Shown piece by piece: positions 27,587 through 37,976 of a stretch of 64,000 bases of DNA. The number at the start of each line of letters is the position of its first letter. Position 1 is the stretch's first letter. Source of the DNA: Escherichia phage vB_EcoM_KWBSE43-6. The translations under genes were made by a program, and so were the position numbers. The notes below the pieces were generated by a model that saw only the letters and a program-made list of their open reading frames with translations, had not been told where the DNA came from and did no database searches. Location of the stretch: sequence record NC_048186.1. One strand, 5' to 3'.

Positions 27587-29368
27587 ATGGCTACACAAAC
27601 AGTTCCTTCACTCGACGTCAGGGCTTTCGAATACATTATCAAGCAGCGTATGAAAGCTGATCCGACCTTCAAGGATTATGACTTTGAAGGATCTGGTCTC
27701 AGTGCTATCATCCGTCTGCTCGCCTCTGACGCGAATGCTATCGGCTTTATGCAAAACATGCTGAACGGAGAGAGTCACCTCCAATCAGCCCAACAACGTT
27801 CTAATGTTGGTTTGTCATCTGCATTCTTGTCGTACACTCCTGAGAACTATCAGGCGGCGTATATGTATGCAAATGTTAAAGTCACTCCATATGACGCGAC
27901 GACAGCGCCAAGCGAAATCATCATGGATCGCAAGGTTATGTTTGTTGGGGCCAAAGATGGGAAGTCTTACAACTTCACCGTTGAGAAGCCTGTGTCCACA
28001 ACCCTGCGACCAGAAGGATATTATCTTTTTGAGAATGTAAAACTCATTCAGGGTGATTGGCTTTACAAAACGTATGATGTTGAAGGTAGCGCGATCAGTA
28101 CATACAAGATCCCATCTACTAATGTAGATATCAACCATCTGGTTGTCAACGTGCAGGAATCTGAGACTTCTGATGTTTCTTACACATTTGATCGTTATAA
28201 CAGTCCGTTTGATCTGAATCAATACGCTCGTCTTTATTTCGTGGAATTGGGACTTGATGGCTTCTACACTTTTGAATTTGGGGATGGTTATATTTGCCGT
28301 CGTGTTGAAGACGGGAACGTCGTGTTCTTGCAGTATCTGGAGACTTCCGGCGCGGACGGCAACGATATCACTTCAGTTTCATCCGCGACTGCAATCGCTG
28401 GGAACAACCTGGTGGATATCGAACTCGTATCAGAAAGAAGTGCAGGCGGTACTGATCCAGAGTCCATAGAGGATACCAAGCGTCTTGCCCCTCTGAGCTA
28501 TCAGGCGGATGGTGCAGCGGTGGCCGAAACAGACTATGCCTACCTGACAGAGAAACTCTTCTCGAACGTTCTACGGGCTAAAGGCTATGGTGGAGATACG
28601 CTCAATCCACCGGACCCTGGTTATGTTTACATCGCGGTAATCCCAACAGTTGGTGAAACACTTTCCGATGCTGAGAAAGCCGATATCGTGTCTACCCTTG
28701 ACAAATACAATGTCGGTTCTATAACTCCGAAGGTTGTGGATGCTGAAGTCACATATATCCAGGTCAATACCACGATATTCTGGGATCCAACTGCTACAGC
28801 GTATGCTGAAGACGGTTTGAAAACTCTTGTCAAGAAAGGTGTAGTCACCTGGGGAACCAATAATCTTGACAATTTTGATGAGCTGTTTGACAAAGAAGTT
28901 TTGCAAAACGCCATAACAGATATGGAGCGTTCCATCGTTTCCAATATTACTTCTGTCGCATACAAGCGTCACTTCAAACCAGAATATGGTGTTCTTGACA
29001 GCTTCACGTTTGATTTCGGTCGTTCCATCAAATCTGGCTCGGTTGTTATCAACGGGTTCAAGCCGCTTCCAGCTGAAGTTGACTTCACTTATTACATCCG
29101 GGATGTAAATGGTGTTCTCAATATGTACAAGGTCAGCACTTCTGATACGACGAAGGAATATCTGGTGCAGGCTGTTGGTGTCGTTGATTATGCGAATGGC
29201 GTCGTTGAACTTCAGCAGATCACAGTGTCAAACTATGATGAAGGCGGCGCGGCGATTGTCGTGTCTCCGGAAGGATTAAACCAGAACATCCAGGTTACAT
29301 CCAATCAGGTTCTTCGTATTGGTGATGTGACCGTAGACGCGGAGGTCCGCTATGTCCAAAGATCTTAA
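27587..29368 (+). CDS. baseplate wedge protein (T4 gp6-like)
   Basis: Start MATQTVPSLDV with GGAG SD (ORF track start 27368 is an upstream extension); motif DYDFEGS matches the T4 gp6 N-terminal region as recalled. Confidence 0.7.
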   Translation: MATQTVPSLDVRAFEYIIKQRMKADPTFKDYDFEGSGLSAIIRLLASDANAIGFMQNMLNGESHLQSAQQRSNVGLSSAFLSYTPENYQAAYMYANVKVTPYDATTAPSEIIMDRKVMFVGAKDGKSYNFTVEKPVSTTLRPEGYYLFENVKLIQGDWLYKTYDVEGSAISTYKIPSTNVDINHLVVNVQESETSDVSYTFDRYNSPFDLNQYARLYFVELGLDGFYTFEFGDGYICRRVEDGNVVFLQYLETSGADGNDITSVSSATAIAGNNLVDIELVSERSAGGTDPESIEDTKRLAPLSYQADGAAVAETDYAYLTEKLFSNVLRAKGYGGDTLNPPDPGYVYIAVIPTVGETLSDAEKADIVSTLDKYNVGSITPKVVDAEVTYIQVNTTIFWDPTATAYAEDGLKTLVKKGVVTWGTNNLDNFDELFDKEVLQNAITDMERSIVSNITSVAYKRHFKPEYGVLDSFTFDFGRSIKSGSVVINGFKPLPAEVDFTYYIRDVNGVLNMYKVSTSDTTKEYLVQAVGVVDYANGVVELQQITVSNYDEGGAAIVVSPEGLNQNIQVTSNQVLRIGDVTVDAEVRYVQRS

Positions 29369-30203
29369 TAACGGACATCTGGGCGTCAAATATGAGACGC
29401 CGTTGTTCTACCAGAACGATTTCCCTCTGTTCATTGAGTTCATGGATACGTTCTTCAATTGGCTGTATCGCCAAAACGGTTTCACTGAAGAAGAAATCCT
29501 TGCTTACCTGGCGGACACCAGTTGGCTGAATCCGGCTAGTGACGCCAGCCCGCTGATGCAGCTGGTAGACCTGAAGATACAGAAGACGCCCGGTACTGCT
29601 GTGCGTGATATGCTCCTCGACAAATATCTGGTCAGGACATTTGAGCAAATGATGGCGCTTGATACTGAAGAATTGTTGGACTCTGATGGGCGTCCTCTAT
29701 TTTCACCTGAAGACAAGAATTCAAGTATTGATGCCTGGTATAAAGAATTCGGGTTTCAAAGAACGGTTGACAAATCTTTTCCTGAATTTGGGTTCTTTGT
29801 ACCAGAAGGATCTGATGGTCTTATTACAGCGGATGGCAACCAGTTCTCGGTTTATATCGAGGGAACGCGCCGCCGGACATTAGATCACACCCGCTGGCTG
29901 AAATTGTTGAAGCATATCTATAAAATACGGGGAACGCAGAAAGCAATAGAATTGTTCTTCTGGATTTATTTCGGTGTTCCAGTTACTGTATATTATCCGA
30001 AAGAAGATTTGGCTGGTTTGGATGCTAACTTTGATTGTGATGGTGAAGTTGGTCTTCGTGATGATTACTACTATGACGAATACACATATGTCATAAGAAT
30101 ACCTGGCGACGTCGCAGATTTCGAAGGTGTATTCGATCGCGTGTTCCGTCAACACTTCCATCCATCTGGTTTCAAAGTATTCCTCGAAAGCACTAGGAGT
30201 TAA
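29352..30203 (+). CDS. baseplate/tail structural protein, hypothetical
   Basis: 283-aa ORF overlapping the end of the gp6-like gene; placement in baseplate module. Confidence 0.5.
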   Translation: MSKDLNNGHLGVKYETPLFYQNDFPLFIEFMDTFFNWLYRQNGFTEEEILAYLADTSWLNPASDASPLMQLVDLKIQKTPGTAVRDMLLDKYLVRTFEQMMALDTEELLDSDGRPLFSPEDKNSSIDAWYKEFGFQRTVDKSFPEFGFFVPEGSDGLITADGNQFSVYIEGTRRRTLDHTRWLKLLKHIYKIRGTQKAIELFFWIYFGVPVTVYYPKEDLAGLDANFDCDGEVGLRDDYYYDEYTYVIRIPGDVADFEGVFDRVFRQHFHPSGFKVFLESTRS

Positions 30204-30207
30204 GAAA

Positions 30208-31461
30208 ATGGCTGATTATCTGAGCAAATATACAGGCCAGCAGATAGATAGTATTCTAGATGCGGTCGATGGAAAACTGAACAAAACTGATGTCGTGAAC
30301 GATATCACGGTAGATGACGACCTGTCCCCGGCGTCAGCACACCTTACGTTCGTCTTAAAATCTGCTATCGATACAATGAACGATGTTTTGACCAACAAAG
30401 TTGTTCGTACCGATGGGCAAGAACAAACGATAAACGGGAAAAAGACTTTTGCGTCTGTTCTGAATGCAAATGGTGGCATCGTAGTCCCGGCCCAACGCTC
30501 TATAACGATCACGGATGAACCTGCGGCCAACACGGATGCGGTGAACCTCAGCATGTTGAAAAAACATGGGCTGAGCACTGTGGATTCCGTTGGTTCTGGT
30601 TCTGGTCTGAAGATTTCGTTGCTTTCCAATGGTTACAACAAATTGGAAGTCGATCTCTCTAATCTTGTCGTGAGGACAGACACAGCGCTCCCTCAATCGC
30701 TGGCTGTGTATTCACCCACAGGTGGGTCACAAATATGGTCTATGACAAGCCTGTTCAACAGTTTTTTCGCTGACACTCGTTTCAACGACTACGTGAAGGT
30801 CGTGGAATATGATTCAGATATGCTGAACATTGAAACGCAATTCACTAGCGTCAACAACCGCATAAATCTGAAACTGGATACTGCGACATATACGACGAAA
30901 ATGACCAGTCTGGATTCTCAGATAGCGAATTTACAATCTGGGAAAGTGGATAATACGACGTATACGGCGAAAATGACAAGCCTTGACAGTCAAATCAGCG
31001 GCCTGTCTACGAATAAAGTTGACAAATCGACGTATGACACCAAAATGGCTAGTTTAGACGGTCAAATCAGTGATCTGACTACAAACAAAGTCGATGTGTC
31101 GACGTACACTACTGATATGAACGCCTTGAATTTGGCGCTGGCGGGTTCGGTGAAATTGGCTAAAACCAACACCACCAGTGTTTCTGTCCCGGCTTCTGGT
31201 AGTGCTGCGTTACCTGATTTCACTTTGGTGAATCTGTGTCAAATTTTGATTACAGCCAAATGGGGTACATTGGTTGATACGTTCTTGGTCACAATGACGT
31301 ATGACGGTACTCTTCAGGCAACGTCATTGACACAAAAAAGTACGGCGGGGACTTTGTCGTTCGCAGGTTCTGTTGTTTCAGGTAAACTACGCCTGACAAT
31401 GACCAATGCTAATACAACAACCGCAGCATCTGTCGATTATTCACTTCGTGCTTCTTTCTAA
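30208..31461 (+). CDS. tail fibre protein with tandem 24-aa repeats
   Basis: Start MADYLSKYTGQQ with AGGAG SD; three and a fraction tandem repeats YTxKMTSLDSQIxxLxxxKVDxxT. Confidence 0.65.
   Translation: MADYLSKYTGQQIDSILDAVDGKLNKTDVVNDITVDDDLSPASAHLTFVLKSAIDTMNDVLTNKVVRTDGQEQTINGKKTFASVLNANGGIVVPAQRSITITDEPAANTDAVNLSMLKKHGLSTVDSVGSGSGLKISLLSNGYNKLEVDLSNLVVRTDTALPQSLAVYSPTGGSQIWSMTSLFNSFFADTRFNDYVKVVEYDSDMLNIETQFTSVNNRINLKLDTATYTTKMTSLDSQIANLQSGKVDNTTYTAKMTSLDSQISGLSTNKVDKSTYDTKMASLDGQISDLTTNKVDVSTYTTDMNALNLALAGSVKLAKTNTTSVSVPASGSAALPDFTLVNLCQILITAKWGTLVDTFLVTMTYDGTLQATSLTQKSTAGTLSFAGSVVSGKLRLTMTNANTTTAASVDYSLRASF
30889..31140 (+). repeat. tandem in-frame 72-nt repeat (about 3.5 copies) inside tail fibre gene
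   Basis: Copies begin at 30889, 30961, 31033, each starting tatacg/tatgac...aaaatg. Confidence 0.7.
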
Positions 31462-31468
31462 ATCTTAA

Positions 31469-31509
31469 ACTAAATACCCCTAGACGATTACATGTGCTAG
31501 GGGTATTTT
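31469..31509 (+). promoter_or_regulatory. CTAAATA motif embedded in a 12-bp leader hairpin immediately upstream of tailspike start
   Basis: aaatacccctag...ctaggggtattt stem ending 4 nt before ATG 31513; no SD between hairpin and ATG. Confidence 0.4.
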
Positions 31510-31512
31510 CAA

Positions 31513-34500
31513 ATGGCTAATAAACCCACGAAACCAAATTTTCCGCTTGGGCTTGAATCACAAGATCAATCCGTATTTCAAGAAGGTATTCTGAATAATG
31601 GTGTTGTAGAACATGGCCCAGATGCGGTAATGACTGTGCCAGAAACTCCTGACGCATCTGGGGTTCCTTCTGCTGTCCGTTATAACGAAGATGACGACCA
31701 GTTTGAAGGCTATTACAACGAAGGCGGTTGGTTGCCGCTTGGGGGTGGTAACGGTGGGCGCTGGGAACTCCTTCCGCATGCCCCCTCTTCCTTGTTACAG
31801 CTCGGTCGTGCATATCTGGTGGATAACACTGACGGTGCCTCTACGGTGGTTTTCCCTCCCCCTAAACGGGTTGGTGATAGCATCACTGTGTGTGACCTTT
31901 TTGGTAAATTCTCAACTTATCCTCTGACTGTTGACGGTAACGGTAAATCGATCTATGGCTCTGCGGATAGCATGACGATTTCTACCGATAACGTCAGCGC
32001 GACGTTTACGTGGACTGGTGAATCCCGTGGCTGGGTTATTACATCAGGCGTCGGTCTGGGACAAGGCCGGGTTTATAGTCGCGAAATTTACAGCCAAATT
32101 CTGTCAGCGACAACACCATCTATTACCCTGAGCACTCAACCATCTATTGTAGATGTGTATGTTGACGGAAAACGTTTGAAAGAATCCCTGTATACTCTCG
32201 ACGGGTATGAAGTTAAATTCGATCCGGCGCTGGCCTCTGGTTCTGATGTGCAGATTATTCAGTACATCCCAATTCAGCTCGGCGCGGGCGGTGGGGGTTC
32301 TGGTGGAACTGTAATCACCTGGGAATACAACGGCGGCTCAGCTATCGGCGGAGAAACCCAAATCGTGTTGGATGTGGTCGTGGACTCAGTATCTGAGATC
32401 TACATCCGTGGTTCCCGTCAACAGATAGGGCGCGGGTTCACATTTGATCCTGCCACCAGTACGATTACCTTGGCGGATGAACTGGATGCCGGGGATGACG
32501 TTGTCGTCGTTATCAACGGTGACCCAACGGTCTACAACCAAATAGATCGCACTCCTTGGGAAGTTGCTCGGGCGTTTAACGTCTCAAATAACAGCGTCAT
32601 TATGAGCAATGACAGGAATACTACCCTTGACGGGAAAACGATAGTATACGATATTAACAGTCAAAACTCTTGGGAAATTCCTGCTGGTATTCCTGTTGGC
32701 GCTAAAATATCAAGTGTTTCTTCAGGGATTCTTGTGTACACCCCTGGTAACGTCAGTGTCACATTGACATTGTTGACGACGGGTACTACTGTTCTGAAAC
32801 GCCTCGCCAATAGCAATTCTGGTAACGGCGGTGATATGGTTCTTTACAAAGCATCTTCAAATGCTGTGGAAAGAGCTATTTCTATGGCGTTGAAAGATTT
32901 TGTAAACCTCCATGATTATTATCTGTCTTCTGATAACGGAGATTGGTATCCTGCATTTAACAGGGCTTTCCAAGATTCCCAAAATATTTTAGTTCCTTAT
33001 GGTTCTCATGTTGTCAAAACCACGGTTGTTCCACCATCCAATTCAAAAATAATTGGTCTTGGGGAAGCCAGTATCGTTAAATCACCAGATGCGATTGACG
33101 CCGCCGCCACAAACCTCGTTACCGTGTTTCGGGCTACTGGTTCAGATAATATATTGATTTCTGATATTACAATAGATGGTGGTGTTAACGAAGTCAACAC
33201 CGCCAAATCCTTTACACGAACTGTAAGGTTCATTAATTGTACCAACGTGTCGTTGCTGAGGGTTCGAGTATTAAACAACGCGGATTGGTCGACATCGTTC
33301 GAAGGCGGTCATGACTTTACGGTGAAGAATTATTACCAAAGATCGTATCGTTATCAGAACACTGCTATCAATTTGAATGGTGGACGTGATGGCCTACATT
33401 TCATGGATTGTTATAATGTGAATGCAGACGGCCTTGACATAGAATCTGGTGATGATTGCGTGGGTATCACCACTACTGGTACAGATCTTGAAAATATCAC
33501 GATTCGTAACCTGTGGGGTTCATCCAATATTGCTTCTCTCGTTATTTTTAACGAAGAAAAAGATTCTAACGATGTGTACTATTCAGCTAATGTCACTGGA
33601 TTGAATATTAGTGGTATCAGGATCAAGAAAGGCGGCAACGCTCGAAATATCGTCAGGGTTATAGGATACGGTGCCAACACCCAAATCAAAGATGTTTCAA
33701 TCTTGGATGTAAGGGGAAAAGCCTTTAACTCTTATGGTATTTGGGTGCAAGGTAGCGTTGACCATCCAGTAGACACAGTACACATAAGCAATTCAGACGT
33801 TGGTTCACAACAGGCCCACGGCGTTCTGTTGCAGAATATAAAACGTTTGTCCGGTAACGTCTATGGTTATTATGAGGGTGTGAATTCTTCCGCTTCATTT
33901 GTTGGTGTGAACATGGTTTCGATCACTGGTGCGATGTTCACTCCAGGTTCTAGAAGTTCTTACGGGTATGGTGTACAAGTTCTGACCAGTAAAGATATCG
34001 TGCTGACACCTGATATCGAAAGTTGCGGCGCTGGGTTGTTCAGCTCTGCTTCTGGGGGTAATTTACGAATAGTAAACTGTGATGGTGTAACCATACCTTA
34101 TGGCCGTGCCGTCGGGGACGTGGCTGTCAGCTATTGGGGTATCAACTTCGGTGGAAATACAAATTTAGACGTGGGTCTGGAATTCGTGTTTGGTGGGTTT
34201 ACCAACTCGTCTCTCCCGAACTCTTATTATTTAAAAGCCCCAGCAGTTGATATCAAATGGAAAGAAGCGTCTGACGGGACTGTGACTATGAGTATCGCTC
34301 GTGGCGCCAGTATAGTCAGAAACAGCCAAGGCAATTTTACAATAACGTTCAACAATGATATGCGCAGTACATTGTTTTCTTGGCAGGCGACCGCCTATCA
34401 CAATGGCGCGTTACGTTTAGTTCGTCTTGCTTCTGCTGTGGGGACTAAAACGATGACGATACAAGTAACGGATACGGCAAATGCCGCGACGTTCGCTGAT

Positions 34501-34542
34501 TTTATAGAATTGAAAGCGTTTAACACTGCTACAGGATCTTAA
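31513..34542 (+). CDS. tailspike / tail fibre protein with beta-helix (pectate-lyase-like) repeats
   Basis: 1009-aa ORF; Gly-rich linker GAGGGGSGG; repetitive NxSGIRI / DVSILDV beta-helix-like coils. Confidence 0.75.
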   Translation: MANKPTKPNFPLGLESQDQSVFQEGILNNGVVEHGPDAVMTVPETPDASGVPSAVRYNEDDDQFEGYYNEGGWLPLGGGNGGRWELLPHAPSSLLQLGRAYLVDNTDGASTVVFPPPKRVGDSITVCDLFGKFSTYPLTVDGNGKSIYGSADSMTISTDNVSATFTWTGESRGWVITSGVGLGQGRVYSREIYSQILSATTPSITLSTQPSIVDVYVDGKRLKESLYTLDGYEVKFDPALASGSDVQIIQYIPIQLGAGGGGSGGTVITWEYNGGSAIGGETQIVLDVVVDSVSEIYIRGSRQQIGRGFTFDPATSTITLADELDAGDDVVVVINGDPTVYNQIDRTPWEVARAFNVSNNSVIMSNDRNTTLDGKTIVYDINSQNSWEIPAGIPVGAKISSVSSGILVYTPGNVSVTLTLLTTGTTVLKRLANSNSGNGGDMVLYKASSNAVERAISMALKDFVNLHDYYLSSDNGDWYPAFNRAFQDSQNILVPYGSHVVKTTVVPPSNSKIIGLGEASIVKSPDAIDAAATNLVTVFRATGSDNILISDITIDGGVNEVNTAKSFTRTVRFINCTNVSLLRVRVLNNADWSTSFEGGHDFTVKNYYQRSYRYQNTAINLNGGRDGLHFMDCYNVNADGLDIESGDDCVGITTTGTDLENITIRNLWGSSNIASLVIFNEEKDSNDVYYSANVTGLNISGIRIKKGGNARNIVRVIGYGANTQIKDVSILDVRGKAFNSYGIWVQGSVDHPVDTVHISNSDVGSQQAHGVLLQNIKRLSGNVYGYYEGVNSSASFVGVNMVSITGAMFTPGSRSSYGYGVQVLTSKDIVLTPDIESCGAGLFSSASGGNLRIVNCDGVTIPYGRAVGDVAVSYWGINFGGNTNLDVGLEFVFGGFTNSSLPNSYYLKAPAVDIKWKEASDGTVTMSIARGASIVRNSQGNFTITFNNDMRSTLFSWQATAYHNGALRLVRLASAVGTKTMTIQVTDTANAATFADFIELKAFNTATGS

Positions 34543-34543
34543 C

Positions 34544-34780
34544 ATGAATATAAATTGTGTTTTTGTGAAAGACGAAATTCCCCTTGAGAAACAAGATGAC
34601 TTTTTGAAATTATTTTTGGAAAGAATATCATTGGAATTCTCTGATGTCGTGATAACGGCAGAATGGGGAGACGATGAAACTGCTGTCGTTTCAGAGGATT
34701 GTTCTGATTACGTCAAAGCAAATTATCAAAGATTTGTAGACGGTCTTAAACAAGACCTCATTATTTTCGATTATTTCTAA
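34544..34780 (+). CDS. small acidic hypothetical protein
   Basis: 78-aa ORF starting 2 nt after tailspike stop. Confidence 0.45.
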   Translation: MNINCVFVKDEIPLEKQDDFLKLFLERISLEFSDVVITAEWGDDETAVVSEDCSDYVKANYQRFVDGLKQDLIIFDYF

Positions 34781-34819
34781 ACTAAATACCCCATATTGGT
34801 AACGCCTTATGGGGTATTT
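34781..34819 (+). promoter_or_regulatory. CTAAATA motif embedded in an 11-bp leader hairpin immediately upstream of tailspike start
   Basis: aaataccccat...atggggtattt stem ending 4 nt before ATG 34823; no SD; near-identical architecture to 31469-31509. Confidence 0.4.
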
Positions 34820-34822
34820 CAA

Positions 34823-37402
34823 ATGGCCAGAAACATAGAAGAAATTTTCGGTGGGGTAGTCGTAGCACCACACCAGATCCCGTTCACGTACACTTCAACA
34901 AACGGTGGGGAAACTTTTATATCTCTGCCATTTTATCCCATCACCGGGTTCGTTACTATCAACGGTGGTGTACAGGTCCCTCTTGACAATTTCGAAATAG
35001 ACGGAAACACATTAAATCTTGGTCGAGAACTGGATCCAAGTGATGTTGTGTTCTGTTTGTTCGATAAAATCATGTCACCTCAAGATGCCAGTAACAACGC
35101 AGTTCGAGTTTATAAATTCATCTCTGTTGGAGGAGAAACGGAATTCACTCCAGATTTTACGGCGTATGGTGTCCAATCTCTTTATATCAATGGGAAATAC
35201 CAAATAGCTGGTGAGGATTACACATATTCTAAGACAGATGGGAAAGTTTCTTTTACTACCCCATTAGTTACTGGAGTATGGGTTGCAGCTGAGATGAACA
35301 TAAAGCAAAATATCCCCGCTTTAGCTGGCAATAATGGCGCATCACAAATCGGAACAGAATCAGGGCAAAATGTTCAATTAGAACTCGATTCATTCCGTAA
35401 TTTGTTCGGGGAATATGGGTTTAGCATGATAGGGCAAACCACATATCAAGGATTGAGGAATTATAACGGCAATTCCAATTATATGATGATATATGGTAGA
35501 TCCTATCTTCTAGATGGTGGTCATGGTATATTTGATTTAGTTCCTGGCGGTAATGCCATGACAACCCCTGACGATGATTGTGTGCATATTCGAGATACGT
35601 TGGGGCGGTTATGGCGTCGTAGATTTGAAGACAATGTCATAAGAATGAGCTGGGCGGGTGCTAAAAACCAATTAGAAACATCATCACCACAAGATGATGC
35701 TTTCAGGAACTGCCTGCTTGCGGCCAAATCGTTGTCTCCTACTGGTTATCCACAATCAATCATTAAAGGATTAGACCGTGGTGTAGTTTATCTTGCAGAG
35801 CGGCATTATATCCGTTGTGGTAATTTCCCTGAATATATGGCGTGGAAATTGCCACCTACTGGTGGTGGTGACCGTTTTGGGCTGGATCTGCTGTGTGCAT
35901 TGGGAGAAGGGGCGGGGTTCTTTATCGTCCAAGCTAATAACCCATTGTTGCGCGTCCGGGTAGACAACACTGGTATCCCATTCAATGTTTCGAATTATAC
36001 TGATGCCCAACTTGTGAGTATAGTTGAGAACAATTATATCTTACGTTTGGAATCAATGGTGAACGCTCCGGAATTCGACGTTCATCCAGGTAATTATCCC
36101 GGTACTGTTCTTTACAGCACGGGTAAAAAGGATTATTCTGCAGTAACTGCACAATGGCCTGATTTGGTCCAAGTCTTACCGTCTATACAGAACGTCGGTA
36201 ACGCGGTGTTTAACATAAAAAACTGTGGTCGAGATTTTATGTTAACCAATACTGGGGCTGGGTTGGGTCATTTTCATTCCGTTTGGTCACAAAATAACCG
36301 ACTCCCTGGTTATATATCGAACTGCTATGATTTAACGATGACATATGAAGATTATGTCCCACACAACGAAACATCTGGTGGATTGATATTTAGTGAATGT
36401 GGCACTCTTTCTTTAGAAAATATTTTGATTGGCGCAGGTGGGGTAGGACATTTGTGTATATGGGATTGCCGTAACGTCCATATGAACCGTCATATCTCTA
36501 TATGTGGTAATACCACTTGGGCTGCATCTAACCAAGTAGATGATCTTTATGCTTTAGAAATTTGTAACTCCGAAGTTCATATGAGCGGCGTGCATGCTCA
36601 AAACTCTGGTAAATTCGCACGTGTAGGATTCAATTCACAATTAACGGTTGATCACCTTACTGCATGGGATGTTTCAAAATTATTCTTGATGACGAATGAT
36701 TTGACTAAATTGAAATATCGTGGGCAGCGGCAGGCTGTTACAGGGGACCCGAGCCGGATTTATGTGACATCAGGATTCGCTCAAAACCTTAACGCATCTC
36801 AGTTCGGTTGGGCTTGTGCTCCTGTAATAGAAATCGACAGCACAGTTAACGGTGATTTCAAATTTTATTGGAATTGCTGGACCAATAACGTTCATGCAGG
36901 GTATGGATCTGAATCTGAAGCAAATCTTGCTATTATTAGCGTGGCTTCTACAAGTTCTACAGGATCTGTGTCATTCGGCGAAGACGCTAAATTGGAAGGT
37001 AATACGACGAACTACGTCCTTCGTCTTGCAAACAAAAACCAATTGGGGAAAGTGCGCACTCGTCAAACATCTTTCTGTCGTGTACGTTATACCAATGACA
37101 ACTCACAGTCATCTTTTGCAATGCGCGAAGCTGCTCATGACAATGGAACTACTGTGATCCCTATTGACGGAACAACATACAGCTATCCGTACCGCAGACC
37201 TGCTAAATATTTCGTATCTTTAAACGTCCCTGCTGGTGGTGGTTCATGCTCAGTGACATTAAACGGTATGACGATTTTCCAAACTACGGTAGTCGGGACA
37301 CATGGTATAGTTATTGAAATGAAATACCAAGAAACCGTCGTGTTTACGTCATCCAACGTTACTGTATCGAATGCGCAGTGGCGTTATATTTTGGAGGAAT
37401 AA
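34823..37402 (+). CDS. tailspike protein (beta-helix)
   Basis: Start MARNIEEIFGG (ORF track start 34796 is an upstream extension); large beta-rich repetitive protein in tailspike array. Confidence 0.7.
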   Translation: MARNIEEIFGGVVVAPHQIPFTYTSTNGGETFISLPFYPITGFVTINGGVQVPLDNFEIDGNTLNLGRELDPSDVVFCLFDKIMSPQDASNNAVRVYKFISVGGETEFTPDFTAYGVQSLYINGKYQIAGEDYTYSKTDGKVSFTTPLVTGVWVAAEMNIKQNIPALAGNNGASQIGTESGQNVQLELDSFRNLFGEYGFSMIGQTTYQGLRNYNGNSNYMMIYGRSYLLDGGHGIFDLVPGGNAMTTPDDDCVHIRDTLGRLWRRRFEDNVIRMSWAGAKNQLETSSPQDDAFRNCLLAAKSLSPTGYPQSIIKGLDRGVVYLAERHYIRCGNFPEYMAWKLPPTGGGDRFGLDLLCALGEGAGFFIVQANNPLLRVRVDNTGIPFNVSNYTDAQLVSIVENNYILRLESMVNAPEFDVHPGNYPGTVLYSTGKKDYSAVTAQWPDLVQVLPSIQNVGNAVFNIKNCGRDFMLTNTGAGLGHFHSVWSQNNRLPGYISNCYDLTMTYEDYVPHNETSGGLIFSECGTLSLENILIGAGGVGHLCIWDCRNVHMNRHISICGNTTWAASNQVDDLYALEICNSEVHMSGVHAQNSGKFARVGFNSQLTVDHLTAWDVSKLFLMTNDLTKLKYRGQRQAVTGDPSRIYVTSGFAQNLNASQFGWACAPVIEIDSTVNGDFKFYWNCWTNNVHAGYGSESEANLAIISVASTSSTGSVSFGEDAKLEGNTTNYVLRLANKNQLGKVRTRQTSFCRVRYTNDNSQSSFAMREAAHDNGTTVIPIDGTTYSYPYRRPAKYFVSLNVPAGGGSCSVTLNGMTIFQTTVVGTHGIVIEMKYQETVVFTSSNVTVSNAQWRYILEE

Positions 37403-37404
37403 TA

Positions 37405-37704
37405 ATGATTAAAGCAATCAAAGGGGATTTCACTGCTGTAACTTCAGTAGGAGAAATTTCATATCAATACGCTACTGTCCAGACTTTTCGGGGAGATGCA
37501 ACGAGCGTGACCGTAGATGTATTTCTTTCCGATCGCTGGATTATCCAACGGGACGGGATCAATGTGGTAGATGATACTGCGCCTGGATTTTTCAAATCTG
37601 TACAGTTTGCTCCTGATTGGCAGAGCAGTTTGAATATCATAGATCAGGCTTATGAATATTTGAAAAGTCTTCCAGAGTTTTCAAATTCTACTGATGTTGT
37701 ATAA
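37405..37704 (+). CDS. hypothetical small protein
   Basis: Start MIKAIKGDF with GGAGG SD. Confidence 0.5.
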   Translation: MIKAIKGDFTAVTSVGEISYQYATVQTFRGDATSVTVDVFLSDRWIIQRDGINVVDDTAPGFFKSVQFAPDWQSSLNIIDQAYEYLKSLPEFSNSTDVV

Positions 37705-37738
37705 AGTTAAGGGGGCTAGACCCCCTTAACTTATTTTT
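37705..37738. terminator. bidirectional terminator hairpin
   Basis: agttaagggggctagacccccttaact followed by tatttttc. Confidence 0.65.
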
Positions 37739-37976
37739 CTATTTGTACAACAATCCCGTTTTCTTTTAAAACAGCTTCCAATTGCTCAATATGTAGCCTT
37801 AAATTTGAGTAGACGGTCGCTGCGATCAAAATTTCTTCACTTAATTTAACAGGTGAGTGAAGTGCGTCTATGTTAAAATTTCCTCCTGACGCAATAACTT
37901 TTCCATCTTCGTTAAATGTGTAGATGCAAGGATCTGGTTTATTTTTCTTAATCTTTATCAGTATTTCTTGTTTCCC
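37731..37976 (-). CDS. small protein on opposite strand within tailspike cluster
   Basis: ORF track 37731..38096; likely start MGKQEILIK at 37976 with GGAGA SD; flanked by bidirectional terminator. Confidence 0.45.
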   Translation of the reverse strand, partial: GKQEILIKIKKNKPDPCIYTFNEDGKVIASGGNFNIDALHSPVKLSEEILIAATVYSNLRLHIEQLEAVLKENGIVVQIEK

